DNA of 64,000 bases from Massalongia carnosa (Eukaryota), in assembly GCA_965645245.1 (NCBI GenBank), contig OZ287068.1, forward strand, positions 1-64,000, read 5' to 3'. The notes beneath the pieces were generated by a model. That model saw only the letters and a program-made list of their open reading frames with translations, made no database searches and had not been told where the DNA came from. This document shows, one piece after another, positions 45,662 to 57,424 of this stretch (positions are counted from its first letter, which is position 1; the number at the start of each line of letters is the position of its first letter). The position numbers and the translations under genes were made by a program.

Positions 45662-47794
45662 ATGAAACTTCGTGAACCGAGAGCAAAAAGATCAAATTCC
45701 GGCCCCCCCCCGGCTGGAAAAGAGCCTTTCAAAGGTAAGAGAATCAAACTGACTTTGGGAGGGCCGAGAGCCAGAGCCATTGTCGCCGCCGGCATCGATG
45801 AAGCCTCGCCGGAATCGACGTCGGCCCCTCCCAAGCCAAAGCCTCCCCTCAAGTCAAAGCCCCCCTTCAAGCCAAAGGCCCCCCTCAAGCCAAAGGCCCC
45901 TCCCAAGCCAAAGGTCCCTCCCAAGCCAAAGGCCCCTCCCAAGTCAAAGGTCCAGCCTCAGCAGTCAAAGACTTTCGAATCGAATTATTATAGTCCCCTT
46001 GTCATTACGGAGGATTCCTCCGACGACTGGACGGATGAAGACGAGAAGCAGAGGTGGCAGGGTTAGTGGAGAAATGAGAACGCGATGAAAAGCTGTAGAT
46101 GCCGAAGATGATGCCGAAGATGATGCCGAAGATGATGTCGAAGATCTCAATGTGCCTAGTAACTCGATTGTCAGTAAGAAGTCTAGAAAACCAAGAAGAA
46201 AGGAACCCTCCCGTTTATCCCCTTCGCCACTGCCTCCGATGGTAATCAAATATCTACTAAATGTGAAGATGTCGTATGAGAAGCACGTCGTTTTCGAGAC
46301 GGTGATTCCATACGAAGTCAATTCAACTACGTCGAAAAGATTCTTTTTGAGAAGCTACACCGGGGACATGAGTTTGAAAGCCGAGACGTATGCGAATTCC
46401 AAAATGTATGCTTGTTATTTGGTCGATATCAAAGCGACCGTGTTATGGAATGGAATCAAACCGCATGATAAATCAGCTCTCATGTTGATCGAATCCTGGC
46501 AGCCCATTGAGGAGGTTCTAATTCATTTAGAAGATAGCAGCATTCGAAAGAAAAGCTTCGCGGTTAAGCTTATTTTCAACTTCAGTCGTACCAAAGATGG
46601 CGTCATTCCTCCCGATGATCCTATTGCTGCTGCCACAGCTGTCGCCACCAAGAAATTGGGAACCGCGACCATGAAGCTGCAAAAAGAGATGGAGAACGAG
46701 CCATGTTGCAAGGCATGACGGCCGAAAGAATGTCCGAATTGCAAAGTCTGCATCTCTGTGAAAAACGCGCATGTAGGAATTTCGGACAGTACTGTTGGAA
46801 TGATGAGACGAAGAATCAGCATTATCCTCTCAACAGTGCTCATTTCGTGACCTGGAATAAAGCACTAGATGATGGAATTTCAGGCGTTGATTCTCGAACA
46901 CCTCCACCGAAGATCAGAGAGAATTTATTCTCCCTGAATAAAGGTAAGAAAAAGACTGAAACCTCGTCTCAGGAAATGCCCTTTGGAGGTGGGCATTCCA
47001 TTTATCAACATCCCATGTATCAACACCACTCGTACCAAAACCCCCACTCGACATTTCCCCCCTCGTCATTGGCATTCCCCTCGACATTTCCCTCGGCATT
47101 CCCCTCGGCATTTCCTCACTCGGCATTTCCCCCCTCGGCATTTTATCCTTCTCAGTATGCTCCTTCTACATTACCTGACTCGAGACGAGCCCGTGAGGAA
47201 ACGCCGTTGGATTGGAGAGATTCGAGATCATCCAGAAGCAGTCGAAGCGTGAGTCGATTTCTCCCTCTCCCCTCCGTCGCCCGCAGCAGTCCAGTGGAAG
47301 AAGATCTGGAAGACTATGTCAGTTGGCTCGTTCAAATGAAGCCTCATTTGAAAGGAGTGCTCACCAACGCCTGCGATCGATTGATGGAAGGTGGGTACGA
47401 TCTGATGACCGTTCAATCCTTGAAAGGCATCGAGCATCAGACGTTCTGGCAGGAACTAGGGATTCCTCCGGGAATCGGGATTCAACTGGCGCGAGACGTC
47501 AGTAAATTTGGAAGAGAAATGTCTCGGCAAATGCCTTTGCAAATGTCTCGACAAATGTCTCGACAGATATCTCAGCAAATGCCCCCGCCTCCCCCTCGGC
47601 GTCAACGCCATTTACCGACATCGCAAATGGCCACTCAGGCGGTCACTCAGGCGGTCACTCGGGTGGATAAGGGGATGGAGGATAGGGAGGTGGACGGGGG
47701 CGGGGAGGTAGGATCTGGAGTGAGAGATACAATTGAGGAAGATGAGACGCATAGTCTAGAATACGATTATGCCGAAGATGAAGATGAGGATTAG
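45662..47794 (+). CDS. Uncharacterised cargo gene of the Tc1 element (split over ORFs 45602, 46152 and 46703)
   Basis: K/P-rich N-terminus (18-bp repeats 45828-45950), an acidic DAED run, a Cys/His cluster CEKRACRNFGQYC..H, PSAF repeats and a SAM-like WQELGIPPGIGIQL. Exon structure uncertain. Confidence 0.6.
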
Positions 47795-47809
47795 ATACTA
47801 TGTATCTCA

Positions 47810-48854
47810 TCAGATTGAAATGGTTGGATACTGAATGCCAGCCAATCTAAATAAATTTCCCGGGTCTCCCATTCTCAGATCTTTGACTGCATCCCGAAGA
47901 AATTGTCCGAATCCCCCATACTCCTCCGTGTACGAAAGACTCATTTCTCCATTCCGTCGAATCCATGCCTTTAGCAATGCAAACGACGTTTCAATTGGAT
48001 TGAAATCTGGAGAATAAGGAGGTAATCGTGCCAAGGTGACGTTGGCTGTCTCGCACATCTGAATAAGCTCCTGATTCCAATGAATGCTGGCATTATCTAG
48101 TACTAAAACAGATCTAGGACCTCCATTGGCAGTCGTCTGAGGAAGAACCTGATTTCGAACGAAGTCGTTGAATATTTCGGCAGTTATGGAGCCCTGATGC
48201 ACCTCCCAAGCTATATATCCATCGACGGTAAATGCAGGAAGAATGCTCCATCTCTTTGACCTTTTCAAATCCTGAATCATGATTGGAGGGACGCCTGCCT
48301 GAGCCCATCCGTATCGTCGGTCACCTAGTCAGAAAGTCAGAAAAATGACGAAGATGGGATGAAAGATGAGATAGGAAATAACCGGTTCTTTCGCAAGCTG
48401 CACTTTCGTCCAAAATGATCAATTGCTCTGCAGTCCATTCTCCGAGTCTCTGCATGCATCCATCTCGAAGGCCTTGATTTCTTTGAGCTGCTTGTTTGAT
48501 CACCTTCTTTCGATTCCAACCAAGCCTTTTTAGGGCACGACCAACGGTGGTCTCATCTGCAGAGATCTGAAATTCGTCCCAAATGATCCAGCACATTTCA
48601 TCCAGATAGGCATGCGGACGTTGCTCCAGATATTTCAGAAGTTCAATCTCATGAAATTGACTGAGTTTACGAGGGCGATGTCCAATTGACAATTGAGGTA
48701 GAACCACATCTCCAAAATGAGTCCAATTACGTCTCATTCGTTGAATCTGTCTGATGCCAACACCAGTGACAGATGCAATTGTCTTATTGCTGTCACCTCG
48801 TACAAAACGAAGCGTGATTGTCTCACGAAGGGTCTCACTGAGAGGGGGGGGCAT
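47810..48854 (-). CDS. DD34E transposase (IS630/Tc1), apparently intact, one intron at about 48326-48382
   Basis: HTH N-terminus, ILDES...DRRYGW, VLDNASIH and LPPYSPDFNPIE, with 34 residues between D2 and E. Confidence 0.88.
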
Positions 48855-49435
48855 TTTGGGAAAATGGCAGAGGAGAGAGGGAAAAAAGACGGGGAATGGC
48901 ATCTACATATACTAATCTACAAGTCGCTTCAATACTGACCAGTAGTACGACTTCATTGGCATGTAGGCGGTGAGGGTAGTTATTCGGATTTTTGCCGGCA
49001 TTTTGCCATTTTCGCGTAAATATTTGATGTGTGGTCCCAAATTCAGGGTCGCGACCAACCTTTTGCAGTCGACTGTACTTCATTGACGATAAAAGGAATT
49101 ATCACGAAGTGCGTCTTGCCTTCGAACACGTTGAAGGCTCACACACGGGAATAAAACTTGGTGAAGTATTGAACAGCGTTTTAACTAGACATCCTATTGA
49201 AGATCGTGTTTTGGCATTAACCACGGACAGTGCATCTAATAATACAACGATGGTAGATGAGTTGCGACGAATGATACGAAGCAATCGAGCCTTGGCACTT
49301 CTACACACTGATGCTAATGAGATACAGCGAGTGCCTTGTTTATCACATGTAATTCAACTTGCCGTGAAACAGCTACTTAGGTGTATTCACATTAATCCCA
49401 AAAATGCCGATTTCAAAACTAGCTGGGATGATAAG

Positions 49436-52400
49436 CCATAATTATCGCCCGTGACACTTGGCGGCGTTTAAAATCCTAAATTCCGCGATTTTTTCTTGTC
49501 ACGCCAAATAGCTTTAGTAACCCGAAGTTGTAGTCTCGCGCAGCGAGAAAAAATTTTATTTTGAAGCAATTTAAACCGTCAAATAGAGCATCCTTCAACG
49601 AGTAGACCCGTGCCTGAATTGTCCGATTTAATGTGCTGTGAAGTGTAGGATCGCCGTGCAAAACCGACGCCCTGCTTGGCCCTGGTCGTTGCGAAGGTCG
49701 ACATTTGCGCTTCGCAATCGAACCACAAAGGGATTTTGCTAGAATTTTGAAACTGGGATTGCTGAAAAGAGCTACTTCTGGATAGAAGAAACATCTTACC
49801 CCGAGTAGAATTAACGTAGCGCTGATGGCGGGATATGTGGTGCAGTTGCACGCCTCGTCACAAGATGTCCCACCCAGTCACAGGAACGAGAAGGAGGGAC
49901 TACGGGCACATTACGAGTGATCGCTTCTTAGTAGAAACGGTGTTACAGGCCTCCATGACTAGTACTCGTAGAGAGAAAGAGACGTACCATTGGCCTATCT
50001 ACGAAGCAGATCCTCTCCAGCGTCAATACGCTTAGAGATCTGATGTCCGGAGAGCCCCAAACTGTCAACTTCCCGCGCAATATCCCACGGATCCCTCCCC
50101 TGCTCATTCGCCTTCCCCTGAAGGTACCGACGGATCCGTCTCTTGACGTAGAACCGCTGCCTCAGGGCAGGAGTGTACGTCCACTTAGCCCCAAAGAGGC
50201 GGTCCAACTCGTCGAGAGATGCACGCTGGACCCCCTCCACCAACGTCCCCACCGCGAATTCCTCCAACGCCGCCTCCGCCGAGGTCACGCCGCCGAGAAT
50301 GGGCTCCGCCGGGCAGCCAGGAGGACGTTGAGACGGCCCCTCTTGGGGGAGGGAGCCACAGGGCGCAGAGACCGTAGACGTCTCTCCGGGGACGGAAGTG
50401 AGGACGACAGAAGGTGTAGGAAGGAGAGAAGCGACTGCGTCGATGTACGAGGACGCCGACGCAGCAGGCTCTTCACCAACGGAGTGCGCCGCCGTCGCAA
50501 GAGCAGTCGCCTGCCCTCGCCAAGAAGCCTCGTCCAGCAGCCAGTCCCTCCGAACAGCCTCCACAGGAACCGTCAGAAAGGATCGAGGCAGCGTCGAGAC
50601 CGTGGCCTGCAATTGTGAGAGCTGCGAACCCAGGACTCGAGCTATCTCCTGGGCATTTGCCGCCGGCAGCGCACTCAAGGTGGTCGTCAGCTGGCTCTGC
50701 CCGGAGAGCAACCTCTCCACAGCGTTGAGCGTGCGATCTTGCTTGATTGCAACACCGCTGACCTTGTTACTGACGCCATCAACGGAGTCAGCAACAAGAG
50801 GCAGCACGCCGTGGATGGCCACGTGCAAAGGTTCCTTTTCTACAGCCTCCAACTCCCGTATCTTCGCCGCGAACGCAGGCCAAAGGGGATCTCTGAAGAC
50901 TTGGTGTCTCCAGAGCGAAAGCTCAGGAAACTGAGGCTGTAGAAGCGCCGCGTCTTGCAGGGAAGACACAACGCAGCCGCAGCAACATCTCCAGAACCTT
51001 CTTCCCTGCCTTATCCGCATCAGGAAAAAGACCGCCTTTGTACGCCGCCAGAGCGTCATCCACCCAAGGCCACACCTGCCGCTGCAGGGCCAGATCCGGT
51101 AAGTGTCCTCCTCTTCTCAAAAAGTAACTCCCAGGGGAGTTGCCAAAGCCGGCGGCGCGACGCATGTAGACACGCGGCAGGCGAGTGAGTTAGTTAGTGG
51201 CCCAGACGCCACGTTCTCATCCGCCTGCTCTCATGATTTGTAGTAGTTGATATAAGGGTAATGCTAGTAAGTATAAGGGGCCATGAATCGTAGAGTACTT
51301 ACCTGGTCCGCGGGGACCTCCCACATATCGGCCAGCCGTGACGAGGACTGCCGCATGGTGTGGACCGTCTTGGAGCTGTCGACGCCGACAGCATCCAAAG
51401 CCGGCTTGATCCATCGGGCCTGTTTTTTGTCGGAGATCTCCTCCTTAGATCGCGCCAGGCTCCCGGAGATGACCTTCGTGAAATACCACGAAGATCGATC
51501 CCGGAAGTCCGGCCGCTTCTCCAGGAGGAGGTCCCAGCGCAAGACGAGCCAGTGGGCGAGGGCGCCGAGAGGACAAAGGACGACACCTCTGCTCCGCAAA
51601 GCACCATGATAATGCTGGCGGTGCGAGTTGCCCCCGTCCGCCAGAGGAATGCTCTTGCCCTGGCCAATTCGAAGGATCAACGCAAGGCATTCGGACCCCT
51701 CGTTAGGGAGGTCGTAGGCGCAGAAGTCAGGTAGCTCAGCCCTCCGCGTTGACTCCCTCCGCAGCATCATCGAATGCATTAGGAGGAAGTCGAGGCGAGT
51801 CCGCAGTAGGTGCCACTCGCCGCCCGCCACGCCCTCCTCCCCCAAAACCTTGCCCCCGGCGAGCAGCATTGCCGACAATTGAGCGGCCTGCTCAGTCGTG
51901 TAGCCGTCGGTGAGGCCGTGGATCGCGCGATCCTCGAACGAGGCCCGCTTGAAAGCGCTCCAATCGATGCGTAAGCGCGTCATCAGGGCTTTCGTGGCCT
52001 TCCCTCTGGGATGGGGCACCACCAAATTCTCTTCGAGATGCTGGTCATCGAAGAGGGCGCAGAGGGCAGAGACGTAGCCAGATTCCACGCTATCGGGCGT
52101 CAGGGGCCGGGATAAAGGGTCGTCGGCTTGCTGCAAGACGAGTCAGTAAGCTACAAAAAGATGATTCTATCCCTGAATTCGAGTTCAGGGGCCGACTCAC
52201 CGTCTCAACGAGCTCCTCGCCGTCGGAGAATTCCTCGAATTTTTCCACCTCCTCCACCTCCTCTCCCTCTACCGCTGGCGAGGCTTCCACCGCCTCCATC
52301 GCCTTCCCCTTCCCCCTCTTCAACGCGCGGCGCTTAGCCTGCCGTTGGCGATTCTGATCCCGCCGCCTGGCCTGCGCTGCTGCGCCTGTGAGCTTGGGAC

Positions 52401-52969
52401 GTGGGACGAAGCGCAGGCGGAGGACGACCTCTTCGAGGAAGAGGAACATCTTCCGTTCCCACACAAGGACGCCGTCAGGAAAATTGCGACGTCGGCACCA
52501 CTTCTGTAGGATGTTATCGTAGGCCCAAAGTTGCAGGGCATACCTATCGTAGTCAACTCCCACAGATGCCAGCACTTGCGGTACGTCTTAAGGGTGTTGG
52601 CCCTCCGATCCTCCTCCCGCATCCCGCGGACGCGCCTCATGGTGGCGGCCATGGCGGCCTCGTTGTTGCCGTGGGTGGCATAGGCCTGAGACTCACGCTT
52701 GACGGCGTCGACATCAACGTAAGCCTCAGGAGGAGGCCAAGAAAGAGGCGCCGCCGTCTCCGGATCTGCGACAGCGGGGCCTGCAGCGGAGGGGCCAGGG
52801 TCCATTGTGCGGCCGCCAAAGAGGGTATCCGTGGTATGTAGAACGCTCGTTGATCAGCAAGTCGCTCGCGGCGCAAAACGGGGACAGGCAGGCTTTTTGC
52901 AGTTCGACTGAATGGGTCGAGGAGAGAAAATCGTGGTATGGAGCTTGGTCACGGGCGATATTGTCCATA
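49436..52969 (-). mobile_element. CryptonF tyrosine-recombinase DNA transposon (inactivated)
   Basis: YR core RTRLDFLLMHSMMLR..R, GKS, CPLGALA, HTMR; exon IMRAGG*ERG..N*LTRLP..RRAAGF; C-terminal GCR1_C-like domain (EEFAVG..SLDELDRLFGAKW..RRI). GC-rich block. Confidence 0.85.
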
Positions 52970-53279
52970 TACAGCGTGACGATTTTGCAAGGTAACGCCT
53001 ATAAGTGGGTTTATACCCCAAAGTCACAGGCAAGGACCGCCAAGCCAGCATTTTTTACGCTAAATCTCAACCCCGCGGCCCCAAGAAAAAAATCGGCCTC
53101 GGATAAGCCACCCATTCGGGCCAGCCACCCCCATCAAAAATATCCTGGCCAACTATCCCCCTCCACCAAAAGCAAAACAACATCACCACGATGCTTCTAC
53201 CATCCCCAAAATTAACTAAAAATTATCACTATCCATACGTATTTCTTTCCAGATGGCCTTTGCGAACTTCACTTTACCA

Positions 53280-54499
53280 TTAAAAGCATGATATCGCTCC
53301 TTTTCTCCGGCTAATGTTTCCTCTTTTTGCTTTTTGTTCACCTACAGTTAGCACCCTCGCTTTATCACACCCCTTTCTAGACGCCTTTTGGCGTCGCTGA
53401 GCCTGTATTTCAACTAGTTCCTGATTGGTATGCCGTTGGATAACTCTATCAGCCACGGCATTCAATGCGGTTGTTTGAAGTAATTCAACATGCGCGCGGA
53501 GAGATGGAGTTACACGGGTTTACAAAGCATCGCTAGCTACCTGAATGCGTTTGTTCGTTGTGGGGGTAGTGGTGACGATGTCGCGAGGTGAAGGAATGAT
53601 AGATCTAGGCAATGTGCCTAAAACATGCTCAGGATTGTATGGAATAAGACCTCCCCCCCGCCATGCATTCATGATATTGATGAACTTCATAGCTTGCTCT
53701 CTAGCCTCCTAAATAAGGTGTGGGAACTCCAATTTCGAGACATTTACGGCCCCGTAACGAGACCGCGCAGAAACAAGCGTCTTATAAGCCTTAGATAGCG
53801 GGCCAAAGACACCCACATCTAATGGCTACAATAGATAAGTAGAATGAGGTGGCAAACAAAGGGCTATGATTCTCTCCTGGTCGCAGAACTTAATAAAGTT
53901 CATGGATATATGACTTTCATAACCGTCCACAATCAACATTTTATAAATCCCCTGTGTGCGTTTTGTCTGCGGATGGAAGACATGTTCTAGCCAATGAAAA
54001 CCTATCTCTGCATCTGTCCAACCATTAGGGCTGACTTGCAGAGTGGTCAAAGGATCAGCAATAGCCTCTAACCAATCTTTTTGAACCTGACTACCCTGGA
54101 AAATGATATAGGCAGGGAGAACTGTTCCGCGAGAGGATATGCATTCGACTAAAGAAACCCAGTCCCTATTCCCTGGATGCACATTGAATGGGGTTGTTTT
54201 CCTCTTGACTATCACTTTAGAACTATCCGCAATGCCCATGGCAAAACCCTTTTCATCCATATTGTAAATATGTTCATCTGCGACTCCATACTTTGCTTGG
54301 GTGGTCATGTACAGTTCAAATCATTCCTTCAGAATTTTGGGATGACATGCGTCTTTTCTCTATTGTTCCAAGTTTCTTTTGAATTTAGTTTTGAATTGGA
54401 GATGTCTATTCATGAAGTTTTTATACCAATGATGTCCTAGGGGTTTTGAGTTCCCTTTTGCTTCCAGCAGACTTTTAGTCATGCTCTCGAGGTGTTGAA
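53280..54499 (-). pseudogene. pogo/Fot1 DDE transposase, disrupted, 5' part replaced by a Tc1 insertion
   Basis: IYNMDEKGF, SPNGWTD, IVDGYESH, LPPHSTYLL*PLDVGVF. Confidence 0.85.
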
Positions 54500-54501
54500 T
54501 A

Positions 54502-55730
54502 CTATTATGCGGGGTCAGAAGTTTCCGGATAGATGAGAATTTTTTTTAGTTTTGAAAAGTAAAAAACCACCTTTCAATCCATAATGCCACTACCACGTAG
54601 CTCTAAACAGCCCAAAACTACGCGCAAAGAAGTGCCCGTCATAATCAGAGCTGAAATGTACGGTATGGGTCTCGCCGGCGCCTCCGTTAGTACTATACAC
54701 GAAAAGTTTCCGCAATGGGGTCGTTCCAAAGCACGGGAAGATTGTCATTTGATACGAGCAGCGATTAAATCGGGGTCAAAGGGTCGTCGACAGCCTCTAG
54801 GAGTTGCAAGCTAACATTATGCCCGGTGTTTCTCGAACCACCGTGAAACGACGTCTTCGAGATCAAAACGTTCGTAAATGGCGCGCAGCTAATCGTACGA
54901 TGTTAACGGAAGCTCATATTGGTGATCGGCTGGGCTGGGCACGTCAATATGAGGATGTTTCGGAGGATGAGTGGGTTCAAGTGTGTTGGTCTGATGAGAT
55001 GTCAGTTTGCAAACAGGATGGGAGTGAGAACGTGTGAGTTTTTCGACTTCCAAATGAGAAATGGGATCACGAATGCTTCGAACCAGTCAACAATGGATCG
55101 AGAGTCACAAAGATGTTCTAGGGCTACTTTGCAGGCAATCGACGGGGTGGTTTGACCTCGTTGGAGCCCGATCTAGATCCTACGGGAAAGAAAGGTATCA
55201 CAGGGTTAATTATACTCGATGCTTATAAAGAACGTCTTCCCACCATGCTCGATGACGATTCGGGCATTGTTTTTATGCAAGATGGAGCTAAAACACACAA
55301 AATTCGAGAGACAATGGACTGGTTCAAAGAAAAGGGGTAAACGGTCTGGATTGGCCGGCCTACTCCCCCGATTTGAACCCCATCGAGATGGTATGGAAGA
55401 AAGTGGAGAACATAGTCTTTAGAAGATACCCCGAATTACGCATTCTGTCAGCAAGTGCCCCAAAAATTCAAGAGGCCATTGTTGATGCTGTCTTGGAGGC
55501 ATGGGACTACATAACGGAGGCGTTTTTGGAAAGTTTAATGCGGTCAATGCCTCGTCGAGTGCAAGCAGTCCTGAATGCAAATAGAGGTTATACTAAATAT
55601 TAGTTATATGTAAACAAACAATCGCATCATTTTACTGAAACGTTGATTTTGTAATAGCTACAATAGATAATTCATACTGCTATGAAATTCGTTTAAATTC
55701 GCCTATCCGGACACTAACGACCTACCATAG
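54502..55730 (+). mobile_element. Degenerate Tc1-like (impala-type) transposon
   Basis: WSDE, FMQDGAKTH, SPDLNPIE, SMPRRVQAV..GYTKY with stops and frameshifts. Imperfect TIRs (CTAT..GGTC..TCCGGATAG) flanked by TA. Confidence 0.8.
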
Positions 55731-57424
55731 TAGAAAGAAACGCGTCAATAAACAGATTTCACTCCACGACCCGGCTTCTCGGTGTCATTTGAGGAAGTGG
55801 AACGGGATGAGTGGAAGGAGGAGAGCACAAGGAGTGATGCGAACCGTTGCCGGATAAGATTCAACTGCGAGAAACTCAAGCAGTCCGAAAAGCCAGCTGA
55901 CAAAGATTGGCAGTGACAGGCACCCCTTTACTGGTTGTCCTCTCCAATTGTGTCTTGAGAGCGCGCGCCCAGTCCGTTTGCGGCCAAACTTTCTGAAGAT
56001 TTGCGAGAGCATGTAAAATCCGGCTCGAGATGTAAAGAGAGTTGATCCCGGTAGAGAAAGCCGAGAAGATGAAAAAACATGTCATAGACGAGTTTTCATG
56101 TCATTGAGTACCTATCCTATCACGATATAAACACCTTACCCATCTTGTCGGCCCTACGCTTCTTTCTCCACTTCTGGCCCGCTCCTCCAGCGACGGCTTC
56201 AGACAGTCATTGCCTGGTCCATATCCACCTCTCGAAATCAACAAGTCCTGATGTTATGATCTCCCTTCTCCACAGCTTGAGCAACCCTGCCTATCATAGA
56301 AACTGGTATGTAGTATTTTTTCTACTCCCTTCGTTTCTTCTGAGCATAATCCTTTAAAATGCAATGCCCAGGAGACAAAATTATCGTAAGTAGTAGATCT
56401 TTCAGCAACACTGGGCGCATAGACTCATGAATGATACACCGTTCCGATGGCTCGACTGTACTCACTTCGACTTAATTCGATTTTCGCAACTCTCATCAAA
56501 GCATGAGCATGCGCATATAAAAATATCATGTCTTGTTATCGCAGATAGCTACTTAGGGGTGAAGGAAGTGCTTCGGGCCGAGAAATCATGAGCATTCGTC
56601 GAGCATTCCGCGCTTTAAGTGAAATTACGAGACTGAGGATTCAGGACTCACTCTTTCATCAACTCCAGATTGTTGCAAAGTATAATGATCCAACGATTGT
56701 TGATAGCGATTTTTATTCTGCATCAATTTATTGACCCATGAAGTACATTTCTCATATCATGACGAAAAAGTTCATCCGATTGCGCAAGCCTTTGTCATCG
56801 CTGTTCTGCTCTCATGTGTTAAATGCTGATTCTTGTCAAAACATGCCAACCAGCTAATATTGGACTTGGTGATTGCGTGACTAATTCATGTTTGTGTTAA
56901 AGAGCAGAAAAATCGTTGCACCCGAGGTAGATGCTGGCCAGCAAGGAGGAAACCAGCGGGGACTGGGTTTGATATATCTGTACCGTGTACATGTGTCTCG
57001 AGACTTCGTTAGTCAGACTTGTTGCATCTAGGCCGAGGTTGAAACTCGTTGTTTGGTTATGTTTCAGGGACTACTTACCTTCTCAAATGAAAAGTCCCCT
57101 TATCGCAGTTCTTCTTTCACTCCGCTTGATTCATTTACCCTTTCTGTGCTGTTGTCGGGTTATTATGCTTTGTATCGTTTGTGATTGGTTGCTGACCTGT
57201 TCTACTATCGTCTTTTCCTCTGAAGCATTGCCTGAGATGCAAATATAACATCTCTCTCTCTTACTGAAGACAACATATTAATAATGGTGAAGTTTGCATT
57301 ACTCTACGCTACATCATATGATTCTGCCTATGCTTCTCTTCCGAATATCTCCCGGTTAATATTACTCTCATTGCTTTAACTCCAACATTGATTTTTCGAA
57401 CTCGTGATCTCTGAACTACGTTAG

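Larger units (their letters stand above)
45430..49075. mobile_element. Tc1/IS630-type transposon with TIRs of about 215 bp and a cargo gene
   Basis: TIRs CAGTCGACTGCAAAAGGTTGG... at 45430 to about 45645 and about 48858-49075. TA TSD at 45428-45429 and 49076-49077. Interrupts the hAT transposase. Confidence 0.93.
38051..49440 (+). mobile_element. hAT transposon (left end inferred), host of nested insertions and truncated on the right
   Basis: Transposase pieces: BED-like CSRC...NHL at 44634-45000, then SLALDCWS...GYLA-INAY|FID joined across the Tc1 insertion, then GSHTG, TTDSASNN, RVPCLSHVIQL at 49078-49440. GGGTT-rich putative terminus at about 38051. Confidence 0.7.

Noticed and set aside
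49430..53110. GATAAGCCA direct repeat (49430 and 53102) as a TSD
   Set aside because: The hAT reading frame does not resume after 53110, and the CCATA plus 13-bp arm boundary fits better.
50043..53215. Many overlapping + strand ORFs
   Set aside because: Antisense shadows of the GC-rich Crypton gene.
55733..57420. Short ORFs between the Tc1 and the LINE
   Set aside because: No motifs recognised; likely degenerate or intergenic sequence.
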